DNA of 59,334 nucleotides, counting the filler, from Basidiobolus meristosporus CBS 931.73 (lineage: Eukaryota > Fungi > Basidiobolomycota), in assembly GCA_002104905.1 (NCBI GenBank). It is 3 parts of 3 records of this genome, joined end to end, with 100 filler letters (N's around TTAATTAATTAA, not from the genome) between each part and the next. Parts side by side here need not be neighbours in the genome. Positions count along the whole stretch, not along the records: positions 1 to 25,045 come from MCFE01000936.1; 2 more parts are not named here. One strand, given 5' to 3'. The translations under genes were made by a program, and so were the position numbers. The notes below the pieces were generated by a model. The model worked only from the letters and a program-made list of their open reading frames with translations, had not been told where the DNA came from and ran no database searches. Positions 1-14,285 of the stretch are shown here, in pieces; the stretch's first letter is position 1, and every line of letters starts with the position of its first letter.

Positions 1-1929
1 CTACCACCATATCTCTCTTTAGAAAGCCAAAAGGTAAGCTTGCTCTACTTGATATGCAAGCTGTACCTATACTGACCCCCCCTCCCATACAGCCGTCAAA
101 AAAGATCCCCGTTCGTGTCGTTGTGAACTGTGCCAGAGAAAAGTGGCGAACTTGACTGTCAAGAAGAACACCAGTGTCGTCAGTAAAAGGTATGCTAAAC
201 CCGGACTCTTCTAAACTTCCCACCACTCAACCATATGTTATTTAGACTTGTGTTCGTTCTTCTCGGCTGGGTGTTGTTTGGCTTTCTAGCGTACAAAGCT
301 TCCACCACCAAAATTGAAACCAACATCTGGGATCCTTATGAAATCCTTGGTATTGACCCCGGAGCAACCACGAAGCAGGTCAAAAAGCACTACAAGAGAC
401 TCAGCTTGAAGTGGCATCCTGACAAGGTTAGCTCTGAGATGGCGGAGGAAGCTGAGAGCAAGTTTGTAGAGATCACCAAGGCTTATAAGGTGCTTACCGA
501 TGACGAGATAAGAAAGAATTACGAAGAGTTCGGCCATCCTGATGGTCGTCAATCCATGTCGCTTGGCATTGCTCTTCCCTCATGGCTGGTAGAGTCAGGC
601 AACTCCTTCTTCGTCCTAGCGATTTACGGAGGATTATTCGGGGTCCTACTTCCCCTTTATGTCGGACGCTGGTGGTACAAATCTCTTCGCTATACCAAGG
701 ACAGGATTCTTAATCAAACCATGGCCACGTACTTCAAACAACTAACCGACGACATCTCCCTCAGAGGAATGGTCGACCTTCTGTCAACGAGCGCCGAGTT
801 CAAGGAGGAGGTGCTATTAAAGCCAACGGACGCAGTTGAAGTACCCAAGCTTATCAGATCCATCGAGCAAACGCTTCAGGATCGCGGTGAGGTCTACTTG
901 AAATCCAAGAAATACAGTGCACCTTACTGCGTCAAGGCCCATGCTCTAATTACCGCGTATATAAACCGGGTCCCTGTTCAAGATGCCGGCCTTGCGGAGG
1001 ATCAGCAAGAGATTATCAAGAAGTCCATCCATCTGGTTTTGGGTATGCTTCAGATCTCTACCGCACACAGCTGGCTAGAGACTAGCTTACGCTGCATGGA
1101 GCTGTCTCAGATGTTAGTCCAAGCGCTTCACATCACCAAGCCACCGATCCTTCAGCTCCCATATATCGATGAAGAGACAGCACGAGCGTTCGCCAGAAAG
1201 AAGGTTCGCTCCGTCAAGCATTTTGTGGAATTCCCCAACGATGAAAGGAAGCTTGTACTTCGAGACATTTCGAATGAGAAGTATGAAAATCTTATGAATG
1301 TTGCCATGGATTACCCGTCGGTTCAGGTGCCTAAAGCATACTTCAAGGTCATCGGAGACGACGCTATCACCCCTGGTGCAATTGTTACCTGTGTTGTCAA
1401 GTTGAACTTGACCTCAGCTCGCTACAGAGCCGAACACCCCCAGAAGCCAAGCGATGAGAACGAAGGGGACGTATCCGACGACGAGGTGGATCGCTTCTTC
1501 GCCAAAAAAGATGCCGATAATCTAGCACCAACTCGGATCCATTCCCCTTACTTCCCATTAGACAAAAGACCTTTCTGGTGGGTTGTGATCTGTGATCCTA
1601 GAGGCAATCGTATCATTCTTCCACCCACCAAGGTTAGTAGCCTTGTCTTTGACAAGACTGAAACTGTCAAGTTCCAGTTCCAAGCACCACAGCGTCCCGG
1701 TCACTATCCTTTCACGGTATTCGTGAAGAGTGACTCTCAAGTAGGCACCGATATAAGACGGGATATCCAGCTTCACGTTCAGGATTCTTCGGTTCTTCCC
1801 CCTGAGGAGGAGATTGAGGATGATATTTCCGAGCCTGAGGAGGACTCCATTGCTGGTCAAATGGCACAACTTCGTGCTCAGCAACAAGGTCGAGGAAATA
1901 ACGGGGAGGACACCTCTGATGAAGAATAA
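1..1929 (+). CDS. SEC63: ER translocon J-domain protein Sec63, 5'-partial (exons 1-33, 93-189, 246-1929)
   Basis: TM segment followed by a J domain (WDPYEILG...HPDK...YKVLTD), then the Sec63/Brl domain and an acidic C-terminus. GT-AG introns 34-92 and 190-245 join an upstream CxCxxC exon in frame, so the ORF-track ATG at 235 lies inside an intron. Confidence 0.95.
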
Positions 1930-3557
1930 GCGCTGGGGAATCCCGCATGACCGGCGCCATCGAGGTGGGTTATTTCGCTCAGTTCTCACATTGTCTGCTA
2001 CAAAAAGTTGGGTATGACTTCACGAGTCTGTCGTGACTTCACTCCTTATATATGTTTCCATATAAGCTTTTACCTTTCGATATTCTTTGGATGGATTCAA
2101 CATGTCCCTGATTACACAACACAACGGTTCTCTTTTTTCACTTATTTCTTACCTTTCAACCAACATCGTGGAGGGATAATTGCCTAAAATACATGGTTTA
2201 ATAAATCCTTTGTTTGTATGGTCTGCACATCGACGGGGCTAGGTTGATCGTGGCTAACCTTTAGGTAAGCAATGCCATCAGATTTCAGGAATCTATTAGG
2301 GAACAAATCGTTGTTACACGATGAGATGGGTTCTTTTATATCAAAAAGCTGCCTCCATCTTGGATTATGGTCAGAGTATCTGAGTGCAAAGAGTTCCGAA
2401 CCAGCCCTTCCGGAATCATCAAGCTGATCTTTTAAAGGTTAGCCAGTTCCTAAACAAACCTAGGCTAGGTGCTGGGGAACAAGAGTCCAACCAACCACTC
2501 ACAAAGGCCGCATCGAGCAATTTAACTAATTCCATAATCTACAACATTGCAATCTAACCCGGCAGCAATTCCCCCAATCCTGCGCGCCAGTGGATTTATA
2601 ATCCTTACCAATCTTACCTAATTCCGAAGCGGATCTCGCACTCCCTTGGATCAGGTAAACAGATCCCAATGACGAAGAGAGCCATCACAGGCAGCCACTT
2701 GTTTCCATGCACATCTTCTCTGTGATACATAAAAATCTTGGTGATACAACCGCACACTGCATAGGGACCAGATCATGCTTTTATTGAAGATTGATGGGCC
2801 AAGGTTGGTGACCACTTAGAGATGCATGATTGGGACACAGTGATCTCTCACGTGCCCATGGTTCAACAATGTGTCATGATCGCCTTGGAATGGGAGTTGG
2901 CTCTAATGGGGATCGCATGAAGGGAGACACAGCCCAGGCTGCCAATCTCCCGATCACCGCGGTGATTCACGATGATGGACTGATGCTATGAAAACCTTGT
3001 CCTACCGGGATAGACTGGTTCTTAGTTGGATACTGGGCATAAATATTAAGTTCAGTTCACACTACGTCTTGGGGTTTGCTGAGTAACCAACATTCCTTTT
3101 CGGGTTTCTAGTCAAGTCTGGTGCGTGTGTTGACATTGAGCAGTCCGAGAAACATATCAGTCTACAGACAGATCTAGGCCCAGAATGTCATGGAATAGGG
3201 ATGCCCCTTTCAGGAAACACCCGACTGAACCGGATGACATGAATGCATCTCCCTCTTTATGGTGTAGATTCCGTATTGTAGTATTATTGAATGACTGTTT
3301 AGAGGTCACATGGCTCGGGAGGGGGGGGGGAGAATCAATCATGGTCAGTGTGCTCACATTCTTCATGAAGATAGTACTTAGTATGATACATGAGATATAT
3401 ACAAAACGTCAACAGATGCTTTCTTCCGAAAATCCACGCTTCAAAAAAATTGGGGGCTAATAAGGAAGCTATCGAGTTGATTCGAAATCATGCTAAATTG
3501 CCTTATGGAAAAACTGTTCTGGACATCTGCTCTCGATTGTGGACTGATTCGGTCACA

Positions 3558-5658
3558 TCACCCGAAGTACGAGGTGCGGCTTGGATCGTTGAAGGTGAGA
3601 GTGGTGTTTTGGCTGGGTGAAAAGGCAAAGTAATCCGCCCCAGATGGGGTCGAGGTGGGTGGCGATAACAGAGACAAACTGAGCTGTCTCCTTGAGCTGG
3701 ATTGGCTGGCGAGAACACCTTCCTTGGAAGTGGAAGGATCAAGTCGTTCGCACCCTGGCGCACCCATCAATCTCCATAACACAGCTTCGTAGCAGAAGAC
3801 AAACTGATGCAAAGTTTGCACCATTGAAAGGCGCTGGTCTCGGAACTGATCCACCGTTTCCGCAATCACGTCGTTTGCGGTGTCCACAGACTTCGCAGCC
3901 AGCGACTCGAGCACCGTGTCAATGGTGCAGAAAGCGCCCGTTCTTCCACATCCAGCGCTGCAGTGGACAACCATGGGCCCAGCTCTACTGGAATGCTGAA
4001 GGTCATGGGCAATGTCGCGCAAAGCCAGTACGCTTGTCGGGTCGGCGGGAATACCGAAGTCTGGCCATCCTATGAATTGGAGCTGATGGATTTTACGCTC
4101 CTCTCCCGTCGAGAGGTTGATTAGCACGAAATCACGTAAGAGGACGGTGCGGTCCGCTTCCAGTGGAAATTGCTCCGAAATCAGCTTCACCTGCATGCTT
4201 TCGCCGTACATCACACTAGATGAAGAGGGGTCTGGCCAATAACGATGACACTTGATACGACCGGCTTCCTCCTCCTTGGTGAGCATCACGATAACGCGAG
4301 AGTTCTGCTCCCAGATCATTTCCCAGAAGTCAGCAAAGGTCGAGGGCATTGGGCCCTGGGTAGCAATGTATTGCTTCTCGGAGTTTTTTCCGCATATGAA
4401 GCTAGCGTTGATGTAATCGGAGTCGGATACAACTGGGTGCTTGAGCCTCACTCTCGAATGCTCGTATGGCCAGATATTGTTGTAGCGATTCTTGGAGCCA
4501 CGTTCGACGCCGGCCGCAATGCTGTAAGGGTTAGCTTTACACACATGATGTGCCTGGGCTATGAGCAAGGACTGGAGTCGCTTCTGCTCTACCTTGTCGA
4601 GTCGCTGGAATAATACGTCAATACTTCACTGATATGGGATGGGATGGAGTCTAAGTTTGGAAGGGTACCTTGAATGTCTGCGACAGCTTGTATTTACCCT
4701 GCGGGTTGTAGGAGACATCGGAAAGGAAGTATGGAATTTCGATATTCAACTTGGATGCAGCATTTGGCGTGCGAACGGCTATGATTTCGCCAAGCTCGCA
4801 AGTGACCTCATGATGGGGCCGGATATTACTGAGGAATGGGTTGATCATGTTATCCATTGGAGTTGGGCAGACCAGAGGCGCTGCCAAGAAGCTCGAAGGG
4901 GATGGCAAAGGCTTGGGAACTAGCGTTTGAGTAGGCTGATCCCGATTGACCTCGCACATATTAGGAAATCTCGCTGTGAACGCACCAAACCCGCCTTTCA
5001 ACCAACCAACGGCCGCTGCCGAGGGTTTGCCAGTGAACTTTCTGGTAAAATATGCTATTGGTGACGTATCGACCACCGCCTCGGAAGATGCATCGCACAC
5101 CACAATGTTGGAGTACTTCTTCCAGTTCTGGAGCGCCTCCCGATCCTTCTCGGTCACTAGAGATTCGGCAATCTTTTCTAGGCCGAAGGACGCGCGCTTC
5201 AGCAGGGTGTTGGGGACACAGACATGAACCGAATTGCGGATGTGAGAGTGGGAATATTGAGCAGGGGATCTCATATCTATCACTAGTACTAGATTGTTTG
5301 TGGTTTGTCCCAGAAGATCAGCTAATGATTCAGGGGTTACCGCCCTAAGGCTGGCTGGTTCCAAGCCAGAATTTGCCGACGCCGAGGCTGCTTTCTCAGC
5401 TGACTTGGCCTTGGACGGCTGCATGCTAGGGAAATTAAACCGCGTAATGGATTCGGGCGCATGCGGTTGCTGGCTCCCGCCTGAGGGGAAGTAGCTTTTC
5501 ACTCCGGAGCCACATGGCGAGGAAGCCAAGGGTGAAATGATTGGCGCATCCAAGGGATTTGTTGAGTGTGACTTATTGGGAGATTTGGCGCTACGCGTAA
5601 AGAACGAGGAGTCCGGGAGTGCGATGTGGTTTGGTTTGTACGAAAAGCCTATGGTCAT
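3558..5658 (-). CDS. Classical protein-tyrosine phosphatase with N-terminal rhodanese/Cdc25-like domain (Ptp2/Ptp3/Pyp-like MAPK phosphatase), about 678 aa; exons 5658-4669 and 4604-3558
   Basis: KNRY, WPD loop (GWPDFG), VHCSAGCGRTG and Q loop (QTLHQF). Rhodanese-like IDMRS...HIRNSVH...WLKGGF. A 64-nt GT-AG intron (4605-4668) joins the two ORFs in frame. Confidence 0.92.
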
Positions 5659-6939
5659 AATCACAGCTTTACTTGATCAATAGGTTGAGTGGCTAATATT
5701 AACAGAGCAAGTACGAGCAAGTACGTACAGCGGTACTTCTCAAAGGAGGTGTTGGAGGAAGTAGGCTATGGATGTCGACGGGAGGGGTGGCAGCGCACTT
5801 TATAATGAGAATCAATCAAGGTCGAGGAGGCAGTGGAACGACGTACGACAAGTGCGATTAATGGAACAAATACGAGGAAAGATATAATATAGGTGACAAC
5901 TGGAGTTGGGGAGCAGCCATCGGGTTATTTATTCGAAACTCAGAGTGAGCGGCGAAGAAGATACGGTCCATAAATGGAGGGATGGATCATTAGAAAATCC
6001 CAAATCTTTCCTGAGGGATTTGTAGTCTCCCAACAAATGATCTAATGTCACCGGATCGAGGCACACCATTGGTGGGTGGGATTTATATATTCAATTAATT
6101 AGATGTGTAGTGTGTCCAAAAGCCATCATTTGAAACAGCTCCTTTTGATTGAATACCACTGTGGGTATTGCACAGTTATAGTATAATAAAATAATCTAGA
6201 GTCTCAGATTAGGATTCACGGCAATCAAGCTTCATCCACCCCAAAAGTTCTATTCTAGGCGGCATATAATGCACGCATTATTGCTCCACTGGACATATTC
6301 CAAGCAAATAACCACTCTTGCGACTTCCGCGTAATGACTGGGTCGCGAGCAACCATCCAGCGCACCTCGCATCGGTGAGACCGGCGGTGGAAAAGCAAGG
6401 GGCTTCATTTCAGCATGCAGAGGGAAGCATGATTATTTATGGTTTGTTGGGTCGATTGCTTTGGCGGATGAGGCGATGGCTATGAATGCGATAAATTGAA
6501 TGCTTTGGCTTCAGGCTGAATGGCCGTTGTCATTATAGACATCGTGTCGAACAATATGCATATTAGCTAATCATCGTGATGACAGGAGACAACAATCAAT
6601 GGTGAGCGGCCAAAAACACCAGGCGGACTGGATTAGGTAATTCCGACGTCACCCACCGTTTTTGGAATCGTTTTTTGAAGCATCCAGTTCGGGGTTTTAT
6701 GGTATCTGGCTGATCAGTATAATCCGAATATTCTAAGGGGCGATACAGCACCCAGCACCACCTCAGTTTCCTCGATTATCATTCACGGGTTGAGGACGGA
6801 TACAATTCAATCACTCAAAGTAAACGCACTCTTGGGCGGGAGCCGGTTGCTTCTTCAACACCCATAAGGTCAGTGTTTGAGATCTCCCCGGCTCTTGACG
6901 TCATAGGAGATGTTAAATCAGGGCTGTCTTGTCCACAGA

Positions 6940-8063
6940 TAGCAATCCTCGATCGATTGCTCCGGAATGTTCTATCGTACCATGTTCATTATGGAATTGG
7001 CATCACAGCAAATCCCCGTTGGAATGTTCGAGGATGAAGTTCCATATGTTTCCCATGTTCACCCATAACCTTGATGCGGCAATAGAGTCCTATGAATGGC
7101 CGTTCCGGCGCTATTCTTCGGCACCAAAGCTCCTTCCCTGTCTTGGAAACGCATGGCCCTGCTGACCCTCGATCGTTTCAATACGAATACCCGTCGCACA
7201 GCACGCAATGTGTGAAGGTGAGTCTTGGTGGTCAGTACCGAACCACACTTCTCAGCACATTGCGTACCTCTCATCGTCCAGTTCCATCCACCGAAAGGAT
7301 GATGGGAAGCCTGGTAAGGATGGAGCCTACGCCCATGGCTTAGAACACGCCGTTTGTTTATAGCCAATTTGGTTTGATGCCGATTAGATCAAGACGAAAA
7401 AGTGTATTCCCTTTTACGCACCACAGGCTTCAATATCAAGCATCACGTGCACCATCTGACCATCGATTAGTCCACTTTGGTTCATGCGAGGCCATATATA
7501 ATCTCAGATCTAGTTCTCTGGAACAGGCTGGGTACCCACCTTCTGATCTCCAACTGATCAGTCAGGGAATCATGCTCGCTGGCAGGATCAAGCACTCAAA
7601 GTTGGAATTCGCCACATGGCGCTTGAAGAGATGCCGCTTTGAGGGTGAAGGGGATGACATACAGCCATACAGAATGGGTGTGTAATTGGATCTCTCGATT
7701 CGTTACATTTCAGTAAACCGATCCCGTGTTCTAGCAAGCCTAGCCGAATTTTTGTCCCTTCCACATGACGCCAAGACAACTCAAACACATCAACAAGATG
7801 TTCTTTGTAGACCATTCACCAACTCAGCACCATCGCTCGCCTGAATGCTGCCTCGTGCTTGGGACAAGCCGCCTGAAGTGCAGGCGACCGGATGCGAGGT
7901 ACAGGCCTACCAGCACGTCTTGGCACTTGAGCCTTGCAACAGGATGGTGATCGAAAAGACGAGCACCGCCGACTTCAAGGCGGTTGAGGGTTATATAGAG
8001 GTCCGCCTAAACCCAAGCTCACGATTTAGCAAGGCTTATTGTCAGGGTCAAGACATCAAATAA
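6940..8063 (+). pseudogene. Probable decayed multi-exon gene of unidentified family
   Basis: Intron-like segments (gtgagt...ccag, gtaagg...tatag) separate coding-like frames broken by isolated TGA/TAG codons, e.g. RPFTNSAPSLA*MLPRAWDKPP...QDIK*. No family motif recognised. Confidence 0.3.
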
Positions 8064-8451
8064 ATGAAATTTCATGGTCACTTTGCTATATAGGGATATA
8101 TTGTAGGAATGTTATCCATACAAATGATAAAATCCAGTGTTCAAACCAGCTCAGATGTGGCTTCAACATGCTGATAGAAAACATCTGATTCGACTGTGGT
8201 GATCGCCTAATAGCATAAACCTCCTTGCATGCCTTCACTGGCTAGAGGATTCGAAGCAGGATTTCCTCAATCCCAGCCTGAATACTTTAAGGGATACATA
8301 AAACTACACGCTTATTAGCTACTTGCATCCTATCCTCTGGTTAAATACTTGCTCTGCCTCTTGAGCACTCGTACATATTCCCTTGAATTGATTTCAGATA
8401 CGATTGTGTTCGCCTTTCCCCCAAGCCTTCAACCACCTTGTTAAGTACGAC

Positions 8452-8984
8452 ATGAGCACCCCGACTAGCAATAAAGATCTGCTTCACCATTCGACCGACT
8501 TCACTCTAGAGCTGATTGCAGAGTTTGACAGCCAGCGCAAGAAAATGCACGAAGAAATCGAAGCACAACGCAGAGCCTTAGTTAGTTTACTCTTTGCTAC
8601 ACCAGTATTGTTTTGACGTACTAACCTGGCTGGTTGAACACTTAGAATGACGGCACCTTTCAAGAACCTGGTCAATTGGTGCAAGATATACCTGCCACAC
8701 CAACCGCTCCTGCTTTAACAGGAGATGTCCAGCCACAACACGGCAATCGTGCTTTCATAAAGTTCAAACATATCCGTAAGAATCTAATTCACTTTTGGAA
8801 GCAGCATACTAGTAAAACCGATGTTTGTCCGGTCAAGGAAACGGAGTTAAAGCGGGGGAAGACACTGACCAGAGAAATGTCCTTTCGTGTGGAGAAAACC
8901 CCGGCCAAATTCAACAGTTTAAGAGCGATTCCCTTCTTGAATCATACAAAGGAAGGTGGCTCAGTGATTTCTCTCCAGAGTTGA
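8452..8984 (+). CDS. Small hypothetical protein, about 155 aa; exons 8452-8580 and 8646-8984
   Basis: Intron 8581-8645 has a GTTAGT donor, a perfect TACTAAC branch site and a TTAG acceptor, and joins two ORF-track ORFs in frame. No recognised domain. Confidence 0.6.
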
Positions 8985-9678
8985 GAGCTTATTCTTGAAG
9001 CCTTCTAGTGTATTCAAGACTGGTGAGCGCCCTATTTTGACCAAGGAATTTTTAGTTCAACGTTAACCATACCTATACAACCTTTTTCATTGCATCAGCT
9101 TAAAACATAAATGTGTAACTTTAAATATAGATAAAATTCAGAATCCTACAGTTAATTCACGTTATTCCATTTATTTGTCAACCCTACCTCTAGTACTACA
9201 TTATAATAAATATTATTTCCGTATTAAAATGAGTTATCCAGCCGTGTTGGATTCTTCCTCTTCAGCATATTCCATAGGGCCCCTTGCAAGAGGTGCGTAT
9301 ACTGGTAGATCTTCCTTCGACTAGCACAACTGCAACATTTCAGCTTCAACACCGATATAATCTGTGATGTTCGTGGCTAATATACATACATATACCACCC
9401 CATACTTGAACAGATACAACGGCAACACTTGTAATTGCCATTCTTTTATTTTGGAATAAGCGTCGAGAAACACGTGCAATAATGTGGCCGAATGTTACGA
9501 GCCTAAATGACATCCGTTTGGACATAGCAGTGGCCCCAAAGTCACCCAACAATCAGGGGTAGACAAACATGTAGATCCAAACGAATTGCCCTAAAGTGCG
9601 AAGAATACATAACGAACATCAGCATTTTCACAGAATTCATATGTGCAGTAGTCGAGAACTGTGACGGGCGTTGCCCAA

Positions 9679-11050
9679 CTATTGCATTGGTCGCAGGATT
9701 ATTTTTCCAGAAAAGCAATCGTTGATCGGCTCATCATCAACAATCTCCTGTCGGACCAAACCCTCAGGCTCAAATACCAATCTGGTCTCGTGGTCTGCTT
9801 CGAAAGACACCCAATCAGGGCTAGGAACCCCGTTGCTAGCGAAGCCCATCTGGTAGCTGGAAATCGTTCGGGCCACCTTTTGCTCAGATTCGTTTAGGTG
9901 TTGGACCTGGTTGAATACAAAATAAATCTCGTTGGCGTGGTGAACACCAAGGGAGAACCGGGCGTTCTTTTCCATGGGTGAGTTGAACAGGTAGAAATAT
10001 ATTCTTCGTGACGGTTGAAGGAGATCCTCATTGCGAGATAATGCTCGAGCAGTTTCACGAGCTGGGCCAGAAAAATGTTGGCCAGCGATAATACTGGATA
10101 AAGCACACTTGGTAGACCCATCAAGCGCATCAATAGGATAAACCTCCTGTAATGTGGCGGCAATCTAGGAAGAAAAGAGCCTTTATTATATGTTGCCATA
10201 GTCTTCGAGTTCTCGCGCAGGATAATCGCGTAGAAAAAGGGACCCCTCATCCATAGTTTCACCGATTATGATCTCCTTTACGCATGGGTTAATGCTTTTT
10301 TGGACGCTCATAGAGATCCTTCAGGCTTTGCTCGATGGTAAAACCATCAATGGTTCCTGTCCATGAACTGCTTTTCTTTAGCATGTCGACTAGAGTCTGC
10401 CTGAGCTTTTCCCCAGGGATCTCTCGCAGTTGCGCCACCTTGTCGCTCCCTTTAATATCCAGACTTCGACAGAGTTCATCGAACATCCGTTGCTGCCTCT
10501 CTACAGGTTTGGGTGCTATTGTATCGAAGCCTCCGGACTGTTAAGTTGCCAACAGGCGGCTTGGAATAGCTACAAGTTAATACCGATTCACACACATTGT
10601 GAACATCAGGAGAAAAGAACCGAACTGACCATAGGGAATGTTCAAGAAAGAACGATGGGCTACGGAGGAGCTGTCTTTGTACGTCCCCTGCTGGAGTTGA
10701 GCTGTTGAGTCGTTCTGAATCGTCATGGTGGATGGTTGAGTTCTGAGTTTGCATTGTTGGGTGATGGTCTTTTTATACCGTATGAAGCTCAAGAATTCGG
10801 TGCACCTGAGTGGGACATACGACTCACCGGACTTTACCAATAGTACTCATTGCTAGCTGGCCCATTCAAACATTAGTCACACGAGGCGGAGATTGCTACA
10901 ACGCTCGGGATTACCTTCTTGGCCGCACGGGTAGCAGATGGAAAGATCCTGGCACCAATGCTTTCGACCATTGATCGCTGACGGTATCAGGAATCTATTT
11001 CAAGCCATAATTCTCCGGATTCCTCCTGTGGAACTGCATAAACCGGATAT
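9679..11050 (-). pseudogene. Type-B carboxylesterase/lipase pseudogene
   Basis: IIIGETMDEG (catalytic acid motif), GVHHANEIYFVF (catalytic His motif), and remnants ENYGLK and GNPER. In-frame stops at 10183-10188 (TAA TAA) and 10165-10167 (TAG), plus a frameshift near 10290. The upstream boundary is approximate. Confidence 0.75.
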
Positions 11051-13418
11051 TTCAGGGAAATGTAACTGCTCTTTCCAAAGGATCCTCTAGCGTAAGCAGA
11101 TTTAGATGGACCGACATCTCGTACACATCCAAATATCTAGGTTTATCTACCAATCTACGAAGCGATCATTACCAATAGGCCATCTCTGATCTGACATGCT
11201 AACTGGATTGAAGTAAACATATTGCACCCAAAACTGATTGGATCATGATTATGCAGGTCATAGAAGCGGCCCAAGAACTTGAATCCTTCAGTGAGAGAAG
11301 GCACTGCATGTTATTCAATGCTCGTGCACCACCTGGAGTGGCTTTCTCCGCAGCCAAGATCGCCCATGTCGAATGCCCAAAACCGGCCAAAACGCTATCC
11401 AAGCATCTAGTGAAGAGTGCCACAAGTTTCCTCGGAAGCTGAGCTTTTCGACCAGAAACCCTAGCGTATGCACGTTGACCATTAGGAGGGATATGGCTTT
11501 CAAAGACAGCTCTGTTCAATCAACTCCATTTCGAGGAATCAAACGAAGTCTCGAGAATTCGCCACGCGTGCCCATCAACTTCACGTGCTAAACCCGCGAT
11601 GACTGTCACTCTGTTTTGAAGCAGGCCAACTAGGCGGGATTGGAGAGCATAATAGTGCGAATCCGCTGGAATGAATTGTTCGGTAAATATAATTGCCATG
11701 ATACCTAGGAGGCTAAATGCATTTATCGTGTTACTGATCCCTAGTGGCTGCAGTGCACTGGCGTCACTTGCGACAAACTGCTACGTGACCACAACGCTCA
11801 ATGTGCACTCAAGGCTCGCGCGATCGCCCTTCCACAACCCGTCTCTTCCCGCTCGTTGGGTCCTAATCAGGACACATCGAAATGGGCCATCGGTTTGTGT
11901 TCATCATTGAGCTGCAAACCCGGGATGATCAACTCCAAGATTGTAATGAATGCTTGGAAGGGAGGGGCATTTCCATTCCGATATCTTACCAGCGTACATT
12001 GCGTGTACATGCAGCCTGGTCGAGTGTCGGAGCCTAGAGCGGAACGTATAGCCGGAAAAATGCTGCGCTGGATGTGGATTATTATTCGAGATTTCGATAT
12101 GAGCATCCATTCTATTCAGGATGTTCTGCAAGGCTCAAGGTTCTGCAGCATGGAATTTGATTCAGCTCCGGACTCCGAGTCATAGACGCTTGCTTCCTCA
12201 TGATCAACTCTTCCCCGAACCCAATGCCAATTATCGGCTCAGTGCTATAGTGGGAACATGTTGATATGGCGTGGGCCTGGGTAATTGTTTATTTGTTCCG
12301 AGGGAAGTTGAATATATATGGCTAATTATGGAATGCGCTTGGTTACATTGATTGTATCGTCATGAATCGCAATATAGCAAGCGGGTTTTTCATGTTGCAG
12401 GTTTCGGATAGGGTATTTAATCAGCCAGCCCTTGTTTGTTGTTAGCTCTCGTGAACAGAAATACTAAAGTTGTATGGCTAAATGCTGCATTGTAGGTCAC
12501 CCAACGGATTTGTAAGCAAGGTTACCATTCTTCAAGCTGTAGATATCACCAAAGTGCTCTAATATAGAATAATTACCAAGACCAATATATACAGTATAAT
12601 ATGACATTTGGTATGATTCCTGGTGATTCAGACAAGTGGGCATACGAAACCGCTCTACGTTGGAAAAGCTGCCGATTCACATATATATAGCAACCACTAA
12701 CCCACCTCCATTTCAAAAAACAGTCCCCAAATGTACACTTCAAGAGCAGTAACAAAACCCTGGAAACACGCATTGTACCATCGTCAATTCTTTGCTATGA
12801 GCAGAAGTGAACTCTATATCCGTATAGTACTAAAATCATTGGTATATTATAACTTGCACTTGGTCAATTTTTGGATGTTGGCCTAGATTTGGAATTCACT
12901 TCAAATAATCGTGTTGCTTTCTATCCAGAATAGTGAAAATGCAGGCAATACTTCGAAAGCTATCCAAAAGACTTCATAGTTGGTCCACACTTTTCCATTG
13001 TAGCATATTGGAAACCTTCATACCCAACCTAGCCATATTTTCTCCAGTAAATAAACTCCTTACTCTTACTCCACCTGCTTGCAAGTGAAGACATCTTTCA
13101 CACTCTATTCACTTACAATTTACTTTAGTAAACTTGCAACTTATAGCCCAACTAAAATAATATCTATTATCCAGTTTAGGCAGATGTTGACCATAACTTG
13201 CCTTATACTTGCAATATCACAAGTGAGCCTTGGGCTTTGGAGGATTTTGGCTCCCATATTACTACTTTAGTGTGATATTGCTAGTAGGATTTGCAAGCCA
13301 TCAAGGTCCAAGCTAGGCTAACTATGGAGCTTTTGGAATCATGTTCTGGCTATGCTAGTATAGTGTCCACAAATGACCCCTTGTATGGGAAGTCTAAAGC
13401 CAGATATCACCTTCTATC

Positions 13419-13762
13419 TGTTGTAAGAGTCTTGGAGTTATTGGAAGTAATTAGGAGAACAAGTAGATTATGTGGTTCTCACATAATGATTTATTCAATG
13501 TAAAATAGTATTTATACTTTTGCTTGGTCTTGGCATAATAGACACTCAGAATAGGTTGAGGTAGGTCCCATGAACATGTGTGCAAAGTTCGGGGCTGTTT
13601 GGATAACTTATCTAATTTTCATGTTCTGGGTACCTGATATTTTGGTGAACATATTCCAAGTCCCAACAAGGAACTTGGTCAGTAGTCTCTAGGATTTGAA
13701 GGTAATGATTAAAGTGACTAAGTTAGGTGAATATTTAGGTGGAATTCCGAATTTTTGCAACA
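13419..13762 (-). repeat. Copia family-1 3' LTR (344 bp)
   Basis: TGTTG...CAACA inverted termini, adjacent PPT, and homology to four other copies in the window. Confidence 0.9.
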
Positions 13763-13936
13763 CTCCCACCCAACTAAATGTTCATACTGACTAGTCCTAG
13801 TTTTGACCTAAGATATTCAAACTTGTCTCTAGTTAATGGCTTGGTGAATATGGCTGCAATCATTTCATCTGTAGGACAGTAAGCTAAGTTGACCAAGTTA
13901 CTCTCAATAACTTCATGTATGAAATGATGTCTAATA

Positions 13937-14285
13937 TGCTGTAAGAGTCTTGGAGATATTGGAAGTGATTTGGAGAACAAGTAGATTATGTGGTTTTCAC
14001 TTAATGATTTATTGAGTGTAAGAGTAGTATCTATACTTTTACCTGGTCTTGGCATAGCAAGCACTTAGAATAGGTTAAGAAAGTTCCCAAGAACATGTGT
14101 GCAAAGTTTGGGGCTGTTTGAACAACTTATCTAATTTTCATGTTCTGGGTACCTGGTATTTTGGTGAAAATATTCTAAGTAAATCCCAACAAGGAATTTG
14201 GTCAGTATTCTCTAGGATATGAAGGTAATGATCTAAGTGACAAAGTTAGGTGAATATTTAGGTGGAAATACAAATTTCTACAACA
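13937..14285 (-). mobile_element. Solo LTR of Copia family-1 inserted into the RNaseH of its own family
   Basis: TG...CA termini and a 5-bp TSD TAATA (13932-13936 and 14286-14290). It splits the KHMDI-RHHF motif. Confidence 0.92.

Noticed and set aside
6896-6903. TGACGTCA (ATF/CREB site) upstream of the MAPK phosphatase
   Set aside because: Biologically plausible, but about one such 8-mer is expected by chance in 59 kb, and it lies 1.2 kb from the ATG.
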